Positions 29,896-38,048 of a DNA stretch of 38,048 nucleotides are shown piece after piece. Under the pieces are notes generated by a model. That model ran no database searches, was not told where the DNA came from, and worked only from the letters and a program-made list of their open reading frames with translations. The first letter of the stretch is position 1. Each line of letters starts with the position of its first letter. A program made the translations under genes and the position numbers. Origin of the DNA: an uncultured Geobacteraceae bacterium (GTDB lineage Bacteria > Desulfobacterota > Desulfuromonadia > Geobacterales > Pseudopelobacteraceae); NCBI GenBank assembly GCA_964643645.1, contig CAZXTZ010000001.1, positions 1 through 38,048 of the forward strand, read 5' to 3'.

Positions 29896-32096
29896 ACCCG
29901 CTCCAGACGGGTAAATCTGGCCATCATTTTCTTGTAACCTGTGTCTTTGAAGTCAATGGTCAATTTCTGTGCATCCCCCTGGCCTTCTATCTTGCGGATT
30001 ACACCTACACCGAATTGAGCATGTTTTACTTTCATTCCGGGCCGGATAGAGTCTCCATATTCGTCAGATGGTTCTGGCACAGTCTCAACCTCATTTGAGG
30101 CGGATGCTACAGCTGCAAGATTATGTGCCGGCATCGGCAAGGAACGGTCTGTCATCTGCTGGAACCCTCTAACCCTTGATAATTGTCCCTTATTCAGCAA
30201 CTCCTGAGGTATTTCCTTCAAAAAACGGGATGGTGGATTAAACTGATCCTGGCCGAAAATCATTCGCCGTCTGGCGTTCAGAAGGTACAGTCGCTCCCTT
30301 GCACGGGTCATCCCCACATAGCAGAGTCTTCTCTCCTCCTCCATGCCATCGCGGTCATCCAGAGCCCTGACATGTGGAAACAGTCGTTCTTCCATTCCAA
30401 CCATGAACACCGCCTCAAACTCAAGACCCTTGGCTGCGTGGAGAGTCATCAGGGTAACCGAGGCCCTTCCAGCTGTCCCCCGCTCAATATCCGATACCAG
30501 CGCCACATGTTCCAGGAAATCGGCCAGACCGAACTCCGGATTTGCGGCGCTGAACTCCTCAACAGCCGAAACGAGCTGGGAAAGGTTCTCAAGCCGCTCG
30601 CTGTCCTCTTCATGCCTGCTTTGCTCAAGTCGTTCCATATATCCGGTATCATCAAGAACAGACTTGACAAGATCGGCCATCGCAACAGTTTTTGAAAGAC
30701 TTCTGAGATTTTGAAGCAGATCCACAAAGGCGCTTACCTTGCTATGGGGGCCACTGCCAAGAATGTTTGAAGAGAGAGCACGTTCAAAGGCATCGAAAAG
30801 CGATATCTGTTCACTGGATGCCAGTTCGGAAACCTTTTCAACTGTAGAAGCGCCGATACCGCGAGGAGGCACATTGACAATCCGCCTTAGGGATATCTCG
30901 TCAGCTGGATTTTCCAGGAGCCTTAAGTATGACAGGATATCCTTGACCTCCATTCTGGAATAGAAGCGTACTCCTCCAACTATGTGGTAAGGAATTCCCT
31001 CAGCTGCCAGTACTTCCTCCAGAAGCCGTGACTGTGCGTTTGTACGGTAAAAAGCGGCCATCTCGGAAAGAGACATGCCCTTGCCCTTCAGCCTGAGGAT
31101 CTCGGCAGAAACGAATCGCGCTTCAGCCCTGTCCGTATCCAGCTGCTCATAGCAGACAGGTTCTCCATCCGGATTATCGGTCCAGAGTGTCTTGGCCTTG
31201 CGTCCTGAATTTCTGGCTACTACCGCTCCGGCCGCCTTAAGGATTGTGGGCGTGGACCGGTAGTTCTGTTCCAGGCGGATTACGGTAACATCCGGAAAAT
31301 CCTTCTCGAATTCCAGAATATTCCGGATATCTGCCCCACGCCATGAATAGATTGACTGATCATCGTCCCCCACCACGCACAGGTTTCTCCGTGCTCCGGC
31401 CAAAAGACGTATAAGGTGATACTGAACCGGGTTTGTATCCTGATATTCATCAACAAGCAGCCATTGAAAACGCTCCTGCCAACGGGCCAGCAGTTCATTA
31501 TTCTGCTCAAAAAGCCTTGCCGTCTGGAGGATCATATCCCCGAAATCAAGGGCGTTGCATCGCTTCAAACGCTCCTGATAGGCGGCGTAAATCTTTATAA
31601 ACTGCTTATTCCACAGATCTCCCGGAGGTACTTCATCAGGCATCAGGCCACGGTTTTTGCAGTCATCAATCCGCGCCCCGACACTGTTTGCAGGAAACTT
31701 CTTGTCATCAAGATCCAACTCTCTTATCAGATCTTTTAACAGGCGCTCACAGTCCTTATCGTCATATATGACAAAGTTTCTGTCATAACCCAGGTTATGT
31801 ATTTCCTGTCGCAGAATTCGACCGCAAGCAGCATGAAATGTAGCAATAAGCGGAGTGTCTTTTGTCCCCAGCAGATGTTCCACCCGCTCTGCCATCTCCT
31901 TGGCCGCCTTGTTGGTAAATGTCACTGCAAGGATATTCCAGGGGCAAACACCCAGCTCACGGATAAGATGGACAATTCTGTGGGTAATAACGCGAGTCTT
32001 TCCTGATCCTGCTCCGGCAAGGATAAGCAGAGGCCCCTGACCATGAAGCACTGCCTCTTTCTGGGGGGAATTAAGATGTGACAGAATTTGGCTCAT
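29892..32096 (-). CDS. pcrA: ATP-dependent DNA helicase PcrA/UvrD
   Basis: AGAGSGKT, TFTNKAA, DEYQDTN, VGDDDQSIY, HAAKGLEF, EERRLCYVGMTRA and a C-terminal Tudor-like domain. Confidence 0.96.
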   Translation of the reverse strand: MSQILSHLNSPQKEAVLHGQGPLLILAGAGSGKTRVITHRIVHLIRELGVCPWNILAVTFTNKAAKEMAERVEHLLGTKDTPLIATFHAACGRILRQEIHNLGYDRNFVIYDDKDCERLLKDLIRELDLDDKKFPANSVGARIDDCKNRGLMPDEVPPGDLWNKQFIKIYAAYQERLKRCNALDFGDMILQTARLFEQNNELLARWQERFQWLLVDEYQDTNPVQYHLIRLLAGARRNLCVVGDDDQSIYSWRGADIRNILEFEKDFPDVTVIRLEQNYRSTPTILKAAGAVVARNSGRKAKTLWTDNPDGEPVCYEQLDTDRAEARFVSAEILRLKGKGMSLSEMAAFYRTNAQSRLLEEVLAAEGIPYHIVGGVRFYSRMEVKDILSYLRLLENPADEISLRRIVNVPPRGIGASTVEKVSELASSEQISLFDAFERALSSNILGSGPHSKVSAFVDLLQNLRSLSKTVAMADLVKSVLDDTGYMERLEQSRHEEDSERLENLSQLVSAVEEFSAANPEFGLADFLEHVALVSDIERGTAGRASVTLMTLHAAKGLEFEAVFMVGMEERLFPHVRALDDRDGMEEERRLCYVGMTRARERLYLLNARRRMIFGQDQFNPPSRFLKEIPQELLNKGQLSRVRGFQQMTDRSLPMPAHNLAAVASASNEVETVPEPSDEYGDSIRPGMKVKHAQFGVGVIRKIEGQGDAQKLTIDFKDTGYKKMMARFTRLERV

Positions 32097-32893
32097 ACTG
32101 GTTCCAGCTCTGTTTTACGTTCATAAAACCCTTCTATCGCATCCACCAGAGCAGCAAGTGTAGATCTTTCAGGTTCTGTATCAACCTTAAGCCCAATATC
32201 GCGACAGCTCATTGATGTGACAGGCCCGATTGATGCGACGGTCACACCTTCAAGAAGGGCGCATAGTTTTTCCTTGCCGCCAATAAGTTCCGCAAGATTT
32301 GTTACTGTTGATGAGGCGCTGAAAGTAATGATATCAATCTCACGATTTTCCAGGGCTTTTATTACTGCAACCGGGAGAGATTCGGGGGCGCGGTTGAAGT
32401 AAAGAACCGGTGAGACCACCTCTGCCCCCATCATTTGCAGCCCTTTTGGGATTACATCCCTGGCCTTGTCAGCTCTGGGGAAGAATACCCTTGCTCCTTT
32501 TACCCCGATCTTTTTAAAAGCCTCAACAACCCCCTCACCGTCAAAGTTTTCCGGCATCAGATCCGGCAAAATTCCTTTTGCCATAAGCAGCTCTGCGGTT
32601 TTCGGGCCGACCACGCAGACCTTGCAGGCAGCCAGAGACCTGCTGTCCTTCCCCTTGCGATCAAGCAGTTCAAAGAAGAATCTGACTGCATTTGCCGAAG
32701 TAAGCAGCAACCAGTCAAAGGTTTCGATTGAATTGACAGCCATTTCCAGTTCTTCGGAGGATTCAGCATTGTATAGCTCTATTGTGGGGCACTCAATGAC
32801 CGTGGCTCCACGCTCTTCCAGAACCCGTGAAAATTCCCCTGCCTGGTCTGCTGCACGGGTCACAATTATCCGTTTGCCACAGAGGCTACTCAT
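32093..32893 (-). CDS. hemD: Uroporphyrinogen-III synthase (stand-alone, 266 aa)
   Basis: Start MSSLCGKRIIVTR overlaps the hemC stop. LLTSANAV, VVGPKT, TFSASSTV and SIGPVT motifs. Confidence 0.92.
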   Translation of the reverse strand: MSSLCGKRIIVTRAADQAGEFSRVLEERGATVIECPTIELYNAESSEELEMAVNSIETFDWLLLTSANAVRFFFELLDRKGKDSRSLAACKVCVVGPKTAELLMAKGILPDLMPENFDGEGVVEAFKKIGVKGARVFFPRADKARDVIPKGLQMMGAEVVSPVLYFNRAPESLPVAVIKALENREIDIITFSASSTVTNLAELIGGKEKLCALLEGVTVASIGPVTSMSCRDIGLKVDTEPERSTLAALVDAIEGFYERKTELEPV

Positions 32894-33833
32894 CTTTTGG
32901 CGACAGCTCCCTTTTATACACCTCTTCCAGTATCTCACGCCCGCCTGCGGCAAGCAGACGATCGGCAAGTTCGTATCCAAGCTTCTGTGCATCAACAGGG
33001 GCGCCGCTGATTTCATCCTTCACTGTTATGCTGCCGTCAACGGAGGCGATGAAGCCGACAAGCCTCAAGCTGTTTCCCTCCATTGTTCCGTGTGCAGCTA
33101 TAGGCACCTGGCATCCACCTTCACAACGTTTTAGCAGTGCCCTTTCAGCTGTTACAGCAGCTGCGGTTTCCGGATGGTTCATGAACAGAATAGCATCAAT
33201 GGTTTCTTTGTCATCAAGGCGGCACTCAAGACCCAAGGCGCCCTGGCCGATTGCCGGAATTGAAAAGTCAGGTGAGAGCAGCTCGGTTATTACTCCGGTG
33301 AACCCCAGCCTGTTGAGGCCCGCAGCGGCAAGGATTACAGCATCAAGACTGTCTTCCTTGAGCTTGCGGATTCTTGTTTCCACATTGCCCCTTATGATGA
33401 CCATCTCCAGATCAGGACGAGCCTTAAGCAGTTGGGCCTGCCTGCGCAGGGCGCTGGTGCCTATTCTGGCCCCCTGCCTCAGATCACTGAATTTTACCCC
33501 GTCCGAGATGAAAGCATCGCGAGGATCTTCCCGCTCGGTGGTAACAACAAGCCCGAGACCATCAGGAAACTCGGTGGGGACATCCTTCATGCTGTGAACG
33601 GCAAGATCAATCTCACCCTTAAGCATCGCCTCCTCTATCTCTTTTACAAACAGACCCTTGCCACCAACCTGGGCCAAAGGCACATCCAGTATCTTGTCTC
33701 CCAGGGTCTTTATCTTTACCAGCTCAATCGTTATGCCGGGATATCTCTTTTCAAGCTCTCCCTTTGTCCAGTTTGCCTGCCAGAGGGCAAGCTGGCTGGC
33801 TCTGGTTCCTATGCGAAGGAGTTTTGGCGCCAT
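32886..33833 (-). CDS. hemC: Hydroxymethylbilane synthase
   Basis: IGTRASQLALWQ, GGKGLF, VHSMKD, RGNV and EGGCQVP. Confidence 0.97.
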   Translation of the reverse strand: MAPKLLRIGTRASQLALWQANWTKGELEKRYPGITIELVKIKTLGDKILDVPLAQVGGKGLFVKEIEEAMLKGEIDLAVHSMKDVPTEFPDGLGLVVTTEREDPRDAFISDGVKFSDLRQGARIGTSALRRQAQLLKARPDLEMVIIRGNVETRIRKLKEDSLDAVILAAAGLNRLGFTGVITELLSPDFSIPAIGQGALGLECRLDDKETIDAILFMNHPETAAAVTAERALLKRCEGGCQVPIAAHGTMEGNSLRLVGFIASVDGSITVKDEISGAPVDAQKLGYELADRLLAAGGREILEEVYKRELSPKDE

Positions 33834-33852
33834 TTGTTTTCTCCTTTATGGT

Positions 33853-35154
33853 TTATTCTTCCAGTTCAAGTGAATTTTCATCATCTCTACCCACTTCCAG
33901 ATCAAAAAGTGCCCTCAACGCATCCAGATACAGGTCGTTGCGGTTTCCCTGCACCGTCTGTTTAAGAAGAGTTGTGGGTTGATGCAGTATCTTGTTCACA
34001 AGCGCCGATGTCAGGGCATCCATTCTCTTCTCTGCATCATCCGGGGCCTCTTTCCAGGCAGCCAGAGTCTTTGCAAGCTCCTGTCTGCGCAGTTCCTCGA
34101 ATCTTGAACGCAAAGCCACAATGGTGGGTGTAACCTCAAGGGTTGCCACCCATTTGTAGAATTGGACTATTTCCTCGTTGATGATCGCTTCTGCCTTGTC
34201 CGCCTCAAGCTTGCGCCCCTCCAGGTTTGTTGCGATCACCTGCTGGAGGTCATCCATGTCATAGAGATATACGGAGTCAAGATCATTTACCGCTGGATCA
34301 ACATCCCTGGGCACAGCTATGTCAATAATGAACATAGGCTTCATCCTGCGCCGCCTTACAACCTCATCAAGATCTTTTGGAGTTATTATGAAGTGGTTTG
34401 CACCTGTTGAGGTAAGCACAATATCTGCCTTGTGCAGATGCAAAAAAAGCTCATCAAAGGGAATTGCGGTGCCGCCGAACTCTTCAGCCAGTGAAACGGC
34501 CTTTTCAAATGTCCGGTTGGCGACAAGCACCCCCTTTGCGCCATTCGAGAGAAAATGACGGGCCGCCAGCTCGCACATCTCACCAGCCCCGATAAGAAGA
34601 ACTGTTTTATCGGAAAGGGTATCGAAAATTTTTCTGGCAAGTTCAACAGCCGCAAAGGAGACCGAAACTGCTGATGATGCTATCCTTGTTTCGGTTCTTA
34701 CCCGTTTGGCAACAGAAAACGCCTTGTGCAGGAAACGGTTAAGTATGATCCCGGAGCTCTTGTATTCGGCTGCGTAACCGTATGCTGTCTTTATCTGTCC
34801 CAGAATCTGGGGCTCGCCAACCACCATGGAATCCAGGCTTGATGCTACCCTGAATACATGTCTTATGGCTTCTTCCCCGTGGTGGCTGTAGAGGTGTGGC
34901 TCAATGGTGTCAAATGGAAGCCTGTGCCAGTCAGCAAGGAACCTTCGGATTCGCCCCATCCCCCCGGCGATATCCCTTGTGGTTGCATATATCTCAACCC
35001 TGTTGCAGGTGGATACAATGATCCCCTCAATAATACCTTCAAGTGCGGTAAGCGCAGCCAGCGGTTTTTCCATGCTGTTGGGGGAGAAGGCCACCTTTTC
35101 CCGTATATCCACCGAGGCTGTTTTGTGTGACAGCCCCACAACAATGATGTTCAT
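33853..35154 (-). CDS. hemA: Glutamyl-tRNA reductase
   Basis: [33 protein letters not shown] and DIAVPRD. Confidence 0.97.
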   Translation of the reverse strand: MNIIVVGLSHKTASVDIREKVAFSPNSMEKPLAALTALEGIIEGIIVSTCNRVEIYATTRDIAGGMGRIRRFLADWHRLPFDTIEPHLYSHHGEEAIRHVFRVASSLDSMVVGEPQILGQIKTAYGYAAEYKSSGIILNRFLHKAFSVAKRVRTETRIASSAVSVSFAAVELARKIFDTLSDKTVLLIGAGEMCELAARHFLSNGAKGVLVANRTFEKAVSLAEEFGGTAIPFDELFLHLHKADIVLTSTGANHFIITPKDLDEVVRRRRMKPMFIIDIAVPRDVDPAVNDLDSVYLYDMDDLQQVIATNLEGRKLEADKAEAIINEEIVQFYKWVATLEVTPTIVALRSRFEELRRQELAKTLAAWKEAPDDAEKRMDALTSALVNKILHQPTTLLKQTVQGNRNDLYLDALRALFDLEVGRDDENSLELEE

Positions 35155-35169
35155 TTTCTCTCCATCCAG

Positions 35170-35985
35170 TCAGTTGTAGCTGTGAAGGCCGGGGATGAAG
35201 AGGTTTACCCCGATGAATGTAAAGAGCATTACAAAGAAACCGACGACAGTAAGGATGGCGGCTCGTCGTCCCCGCCAGCCTGTTGTGAGCCTGCCGTGAA
35301 GAAGAGCCGCATATATAAGCCATGTAATGAATGACCAGGTTTCCTTTGGATCCCAGCTCCAGTAGCTGCCCCAGGCCTTTGAGGCCCAGATGGCCCCGGT
35401 GATTATGGCAACGGTCAGCATTGGAAAGCCGAAAGTAAGGGATCTGTAGCCGATCTCATCAAGGATGTCGAGGGATGGCAGCTTTCTGAACATCGCGCCT
35501 AAGTGCTTGGTCTTCAGAAAGCGGGACTGTATCAGATACATCACGGCTGTTCCGCCGGAAATGGTGAAACAGGCGTAAGCCCCGAAGGCAAGTATTGTAT
35601 GTGAGTATATCCAGAGGCTTTTCAAGGCCGGATCCAGTGGTTTCAGATCCCCTGTGAATACACTTGACGCAGCCACCATGACCATGATTACCGGCATAAC
35701 AAAAGATCCCAGCGAAGTTGCCTTGTAGCGGTATTCAAAGATGAGAAGTACCAAAGCTATGCTTAAGGCAAAAAATGATAGAGATTCATGCATGGTGGTA
35801 ACAGGCAGATGGCCCGCCGCTATCAGGCGATGTATGGCGGCAAGGCAATGAGCGAGAAAGCCGGCCACAAGGGTGCGACGGGCAAGCACCGAAAGAAGCG
35901 GATTGGACTTTACAAGACAGCCCAGATAAAGCAGGGTGGCTGCCCCGTACAGGAGAATGGTAAGATAAAAGGATATTCGGGTCAT
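35170..35985 (-). CDS. Cytochrome c biogenesis membrane protein, CcsA/ResC (HemX-like) family
   Basis: Multiple TM helices and WWD domain WGSYWSWDPKETW, with conserved His and C-terminal GLHSY. Confidence 0.92.
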   Translation of the reverse strand: MTRISFYLTILLYGAATLLYLGCLVKSNPLLSVLARRTLVAGFLAHCLAAIHRLIAAGHLPVTTMHESLSFFALSIALVLLIFEYRYKATSLGSFVMPVIMVMVAASSVFTGDLKPLDPALKSLWIYSHTILAFGAYACFTISGGTAVMYLIQSRFLKTKHLGAMFRKLPSLDILDEIGYRSLTFGFPMLTVAIITGAIWASKAWGSYWSWDPKETWSFITWLIYAALLHGRLTTGWRGRRAAILTVVGFFVMLFTFIGVNLFIPGLHSYN

Positions 35986-36006
35986 TAGGTTAACCTCGGC
36001 TTGGAG

Positions 36007-36238
36007 TCAGACCCGGTTCCGGGGAAACAGATCCGGGCTCAAGCCAAGCCTTGAAAGTGATACACGGACATATTCATCTGCTGCCAGGCTGTCTCAAAGA
36101 CGCAGGTGATGCAGCAGCTCCAGACGCCAAGTGACCTCTGGCGAGTCGGCTATTGTACTTTCCGCTATCTTGCCGCGTCAACAGCTTTTCACGTAAAACG
36201 ACAATCTTTCCTGCAATATCAATATTTAGCGTGATCAA
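36007..36238 (-). pseudogene. Internally deleted remnant of precorrin-2 dehydrogenase/ferrochelatase (SirC/Met8/CysG-N like)
   Basis: TTG at 36238 gives MITLNIDIAGKIVV, like the SirC N-terminus just before the GGG motif. This joins LREKLLTRQDSGKYNS, like the SirC C-terminal region. A shifted frame follows: LELLHHLRL*DSLAADEYVRVSLSRLGL. Confidence 0.6.
36152..36181 (-). promoter_or_regulatory. Putative sigma70 promoter of the ccsA-hem operon
   Basis: TTGACG-N18-TACAAT on the minus strand, about 165 nt upstream of the ccsA ATG. Confidence 0.6.
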
Positions 36239-36273
36239 TCCTCAAATCCCTTCATTTTGTAACAGTTTTTCGC

Positions 36274-36301
36274 TTGCAAAAAAAATGAACCGAAGTATTA
36301 T
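36274..36301 (+). promoter_or_regulatory. Putative sigma70 promoter of trxA
   Basis: TTGCAA-N16-TATTAT. Confidence 0.4.
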
Positions 36302-36342
36302 GCAGAATATTGTATACAATAGTAAGAAGGAGGTTTTCTCAA

Positions 36343-36672
36343 ATGGCCAGTGACAAAGTAATTGCATTTACTGACGCAAATTTTGATCGTGATGTGCTGC
36401 AGTCTGACATTCCGGTGCTTGTTGATTTCTGGGCTACATGGTGCCAGCCATGCAAGGCGATTGCCCCTCTCATTGACTCCATCGCTGACGATTATGCCGG
36501 AAAGATAAAGGTTGGCAAGGTCAATGTGGATGACAACCCCGCAACGCCTGGAAAATTCTCTGTACGGGGTATTCCCACACTTATTCTCTTCAAGGGCGGG
36601 AAGATTATAGATCAGGTTGTAGGGGCTGTTCCCAGATCCCAGCTGGAAGCCCTCATTACGAAGGCGCTCTAG
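36343..36672 (+). CDS. trxA: Thioredoxin (109 aa)
   Basis: ATG after AAGGAGG. VLVDFWATWCQPCK and VRGIPTL motifs. Confidence 0.95.
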   Translation: MASDKVIAFTDANFDRDVLQSDIPVLVDFWATWCQPCKAIAPLIDSIADDYAGKIKVGKVNVDDNPATPGKFSVRGIPTLILFKGGKIIDQVVGAVPRSQLEALITKAL

Positions 36673-36676
36673 CCTG

Positions 36677-37204
36677 ATGAAACTGATATCCTTATTCTGG
36701 AGAAGGGCTGCGGCATTAACTGTCGCAGCCCTTCTGTTTATCGTTACAACCTCAATTGCAGCGCCACGCATATCTGAGCCGGTGCCTGCTTTCAAGGGTT
36801 TTGCCCTGTCGGGACAGCCGGTGTCAAATGAATCCCTCAAAGGTTCAGTTGTAATTCTGGACTTTTGGGCAACATGGTGTTCACCCTGCCGTGAATCACT
36901 GCCGTTTTTTTCCGAGATGCACAGAAAATACGGGAAGCAGGGCCTCCAGATTGTTGGGATGAGCGTTGACGACACCGGCGAACGTCATGTGAAAAACTTT
37001 GCCGCTGAGAAGGGCCTCCCCTACCATATAGTAATGGCCTCCAGAAAGGTTCAGTCTGATTATGGAGTCAGGGCTGTGCCCGTACTGTTTATAATTGACA
37101 GAAATGGAAACCTTGTTGAGAGAATGATGGGGTTCTCTCCACACCACGGCAAGGTTATCGAAAATCTGATCAAGAAACTGCTGGCCCAGCAAGCCTCTCC
37201 CTGA
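36677..37204 (+). CDS. TlpA/ResA-like exported disulfide reductase
   Basis: Signal or anchor sequence, DFWATWCSPC and YGVRAVPVLFIID. Confidence 0.9.
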   Translation: MKLISLFWRRAAALTVAALLFIVTTSIAAPRISEPVPAFKGFALSGQPVSNESLKGSVVILDFWATWCSPCRESLPFFSEMHRKYGKQGLQIVGMSVDDTGERHVKNFAAEKGLPYHIVMASRKVQSDYGVRAVPVLFIIDRNGNLVERMMGFSPHHGKVIENLIKKLLAQQASP

Positions 37205-38048
37205 GATAAGCCGTAAACTCCTCCCTGAACTCATCCCTTTTCAAAGCAAGATCAACAGTGGCCTTCAAAAATCCCAGCTTGTCACCGCAGTCATGCCGTA
37301 AGCCCTCAAAAAGGCATCCGTAAACCGACTCGATATTGGAAAGGCTTCTGATAGCATCTGTAAGCTGAATTTCACCGCCCCGACCGGGCGCCTGGTTTTC
37401 CAGTATCGGGAATATGGCCGGGGTCAGGACGTATCGCCCGATGATGGCAAGGTTTGATGGGGCCTCATCACGCTTGGGCTTTTCCACCATATCTGTAACT
37501 TCAACCACCCGCTCGGAAAGTGGCTTCACAGCAACGCAGCCGTAGGATGATATCTGCTCCATCGGCACCCGCTCCAAGGCAAGCACACTGCCTTTTCTCT
37601 CTTCATAGATATCTACAAGCTGCTTGAGGCATGGTTTGGGGCCATCAATTATGTCGTCTCCAAGGAGGACAGCAAACGGTTCGTTGCCGATAAAGTCTCT
37701 GGCACATAGTATGGCATGCCCGAGCCCCAAAGCCTTTTTCTGGCGGACATAGAAGATATCCACCATGTCTGCTATCTCGCGAACCTCCTGTAGAGTTGCA
37801 TCTTTCCCCTTTTCTTCCAGGTGATTCTCAAGCTCCGGAGATATGTCAAAATGATCCTCTATGGCCCGTTTTGTTCGGCCTGTCACAAAAACAATCTGTT
37901 CTATGCCTGATGCCACTGCCTCTTCAACAACGTACTGCACCAATGGCTTGTCAATAAGTGGCAACATCTCTTTGGGTGATGACTTGGTGGCCGGCAGAAA
38001 TCGGGTTCCGAGGCCGGCAACGGGGAAGATAGCCTTGCGTACTTTCAT
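37170..38048 (-). CDS. galU: UTP-glucose-1-phosphate uridylyltransferase
   Basis: KAIFPVAGLGTRFLPATK, PKEMLP, LGDD, VEKP and GEIQLTDA. Confidence 0.97.
   Translation of the reverse strand: MKVRKAIFPVAGLGTRFLPATKSSPKEMLPLIDKPLVQYVVEEAVASGIEQIVFVTGRTKRAIEDHFDISPELENHLEEKGKDATLQEVREIADMVDIFYVRQKKALGLGHAILCARDFIGNEPFAVLLGDDIIDGPKPCLKQLVDIYEERKGSVLALERVPMEQISSYGCVAVKPLSERVVEVTDMVEKPKRDEAPSNLAIIGRYVLTPAIFPILENQAPGRGGEIQLTDAIRSLSNIESVYGCLFEGLRHDCGDKLGFLKATVDLALKRDEFREEFTAYLRERLAGPAVS

Noticed and set aside
32894..33016. N-terminal extension of HemD as a CobA remnant
   Set aside because: It lies inside hemC in another frame and shows no methyltransferase motifs.
32827..33597. Long antisense ORFs (e.g. 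32827-33597, 32466-33134, 16926-17603, 36298-36975)
   Set aside because: They lie opposite well-supported genes and have no motifs or RBS, so they are shadow ORFs.

Overview
A ~38 kb core-genome segment from a probable Geobacteraceae/Desulfuromonadales bacterium (inferred from gene content and order). Left to right it holds: a minus-strand chemotaxis block (partial TPR gene, CheC-like/pseudo-receiver fusion, cheX, cheY, MCP); a minus-strand run of pgm, a stand-alone FlhB-C gene, a FliK-like gene, glgP and dapF; gamma-CA, uvrB and a 936-aa multi-GAF sigma54 activator; sigma54-driven glnK-amtB; Rieske protein, cls and peroxiredoxin; a degenerate family-B DNA polymerase; two small exported proteins; rmlC-rmlA; a ccsA-hemA-hemC-hemD-pcrA-ilvA operon; trxA, tlpA and galU. 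I saw no mobile element, CRISPR array, tRNA or rRNA. Best leads: (1) an intact PolB-like ORF with eroded exonuclease and dNTP-binding motifs but a retained C-terminal clamp-like motif; (2) a structured sigma54 leader before glnK with a terminator and an exposed anti-SD (candidate sRNA or attenuator); (3) an internally deleted sirC remnant that keeps the likely promoter of the hem operon, paired with a HemD lacking the CobA domain; (4) a FliK-like protein with a triplicated ~180-200 aa module. All family calls come from reading motifs by eye, with no database searches.
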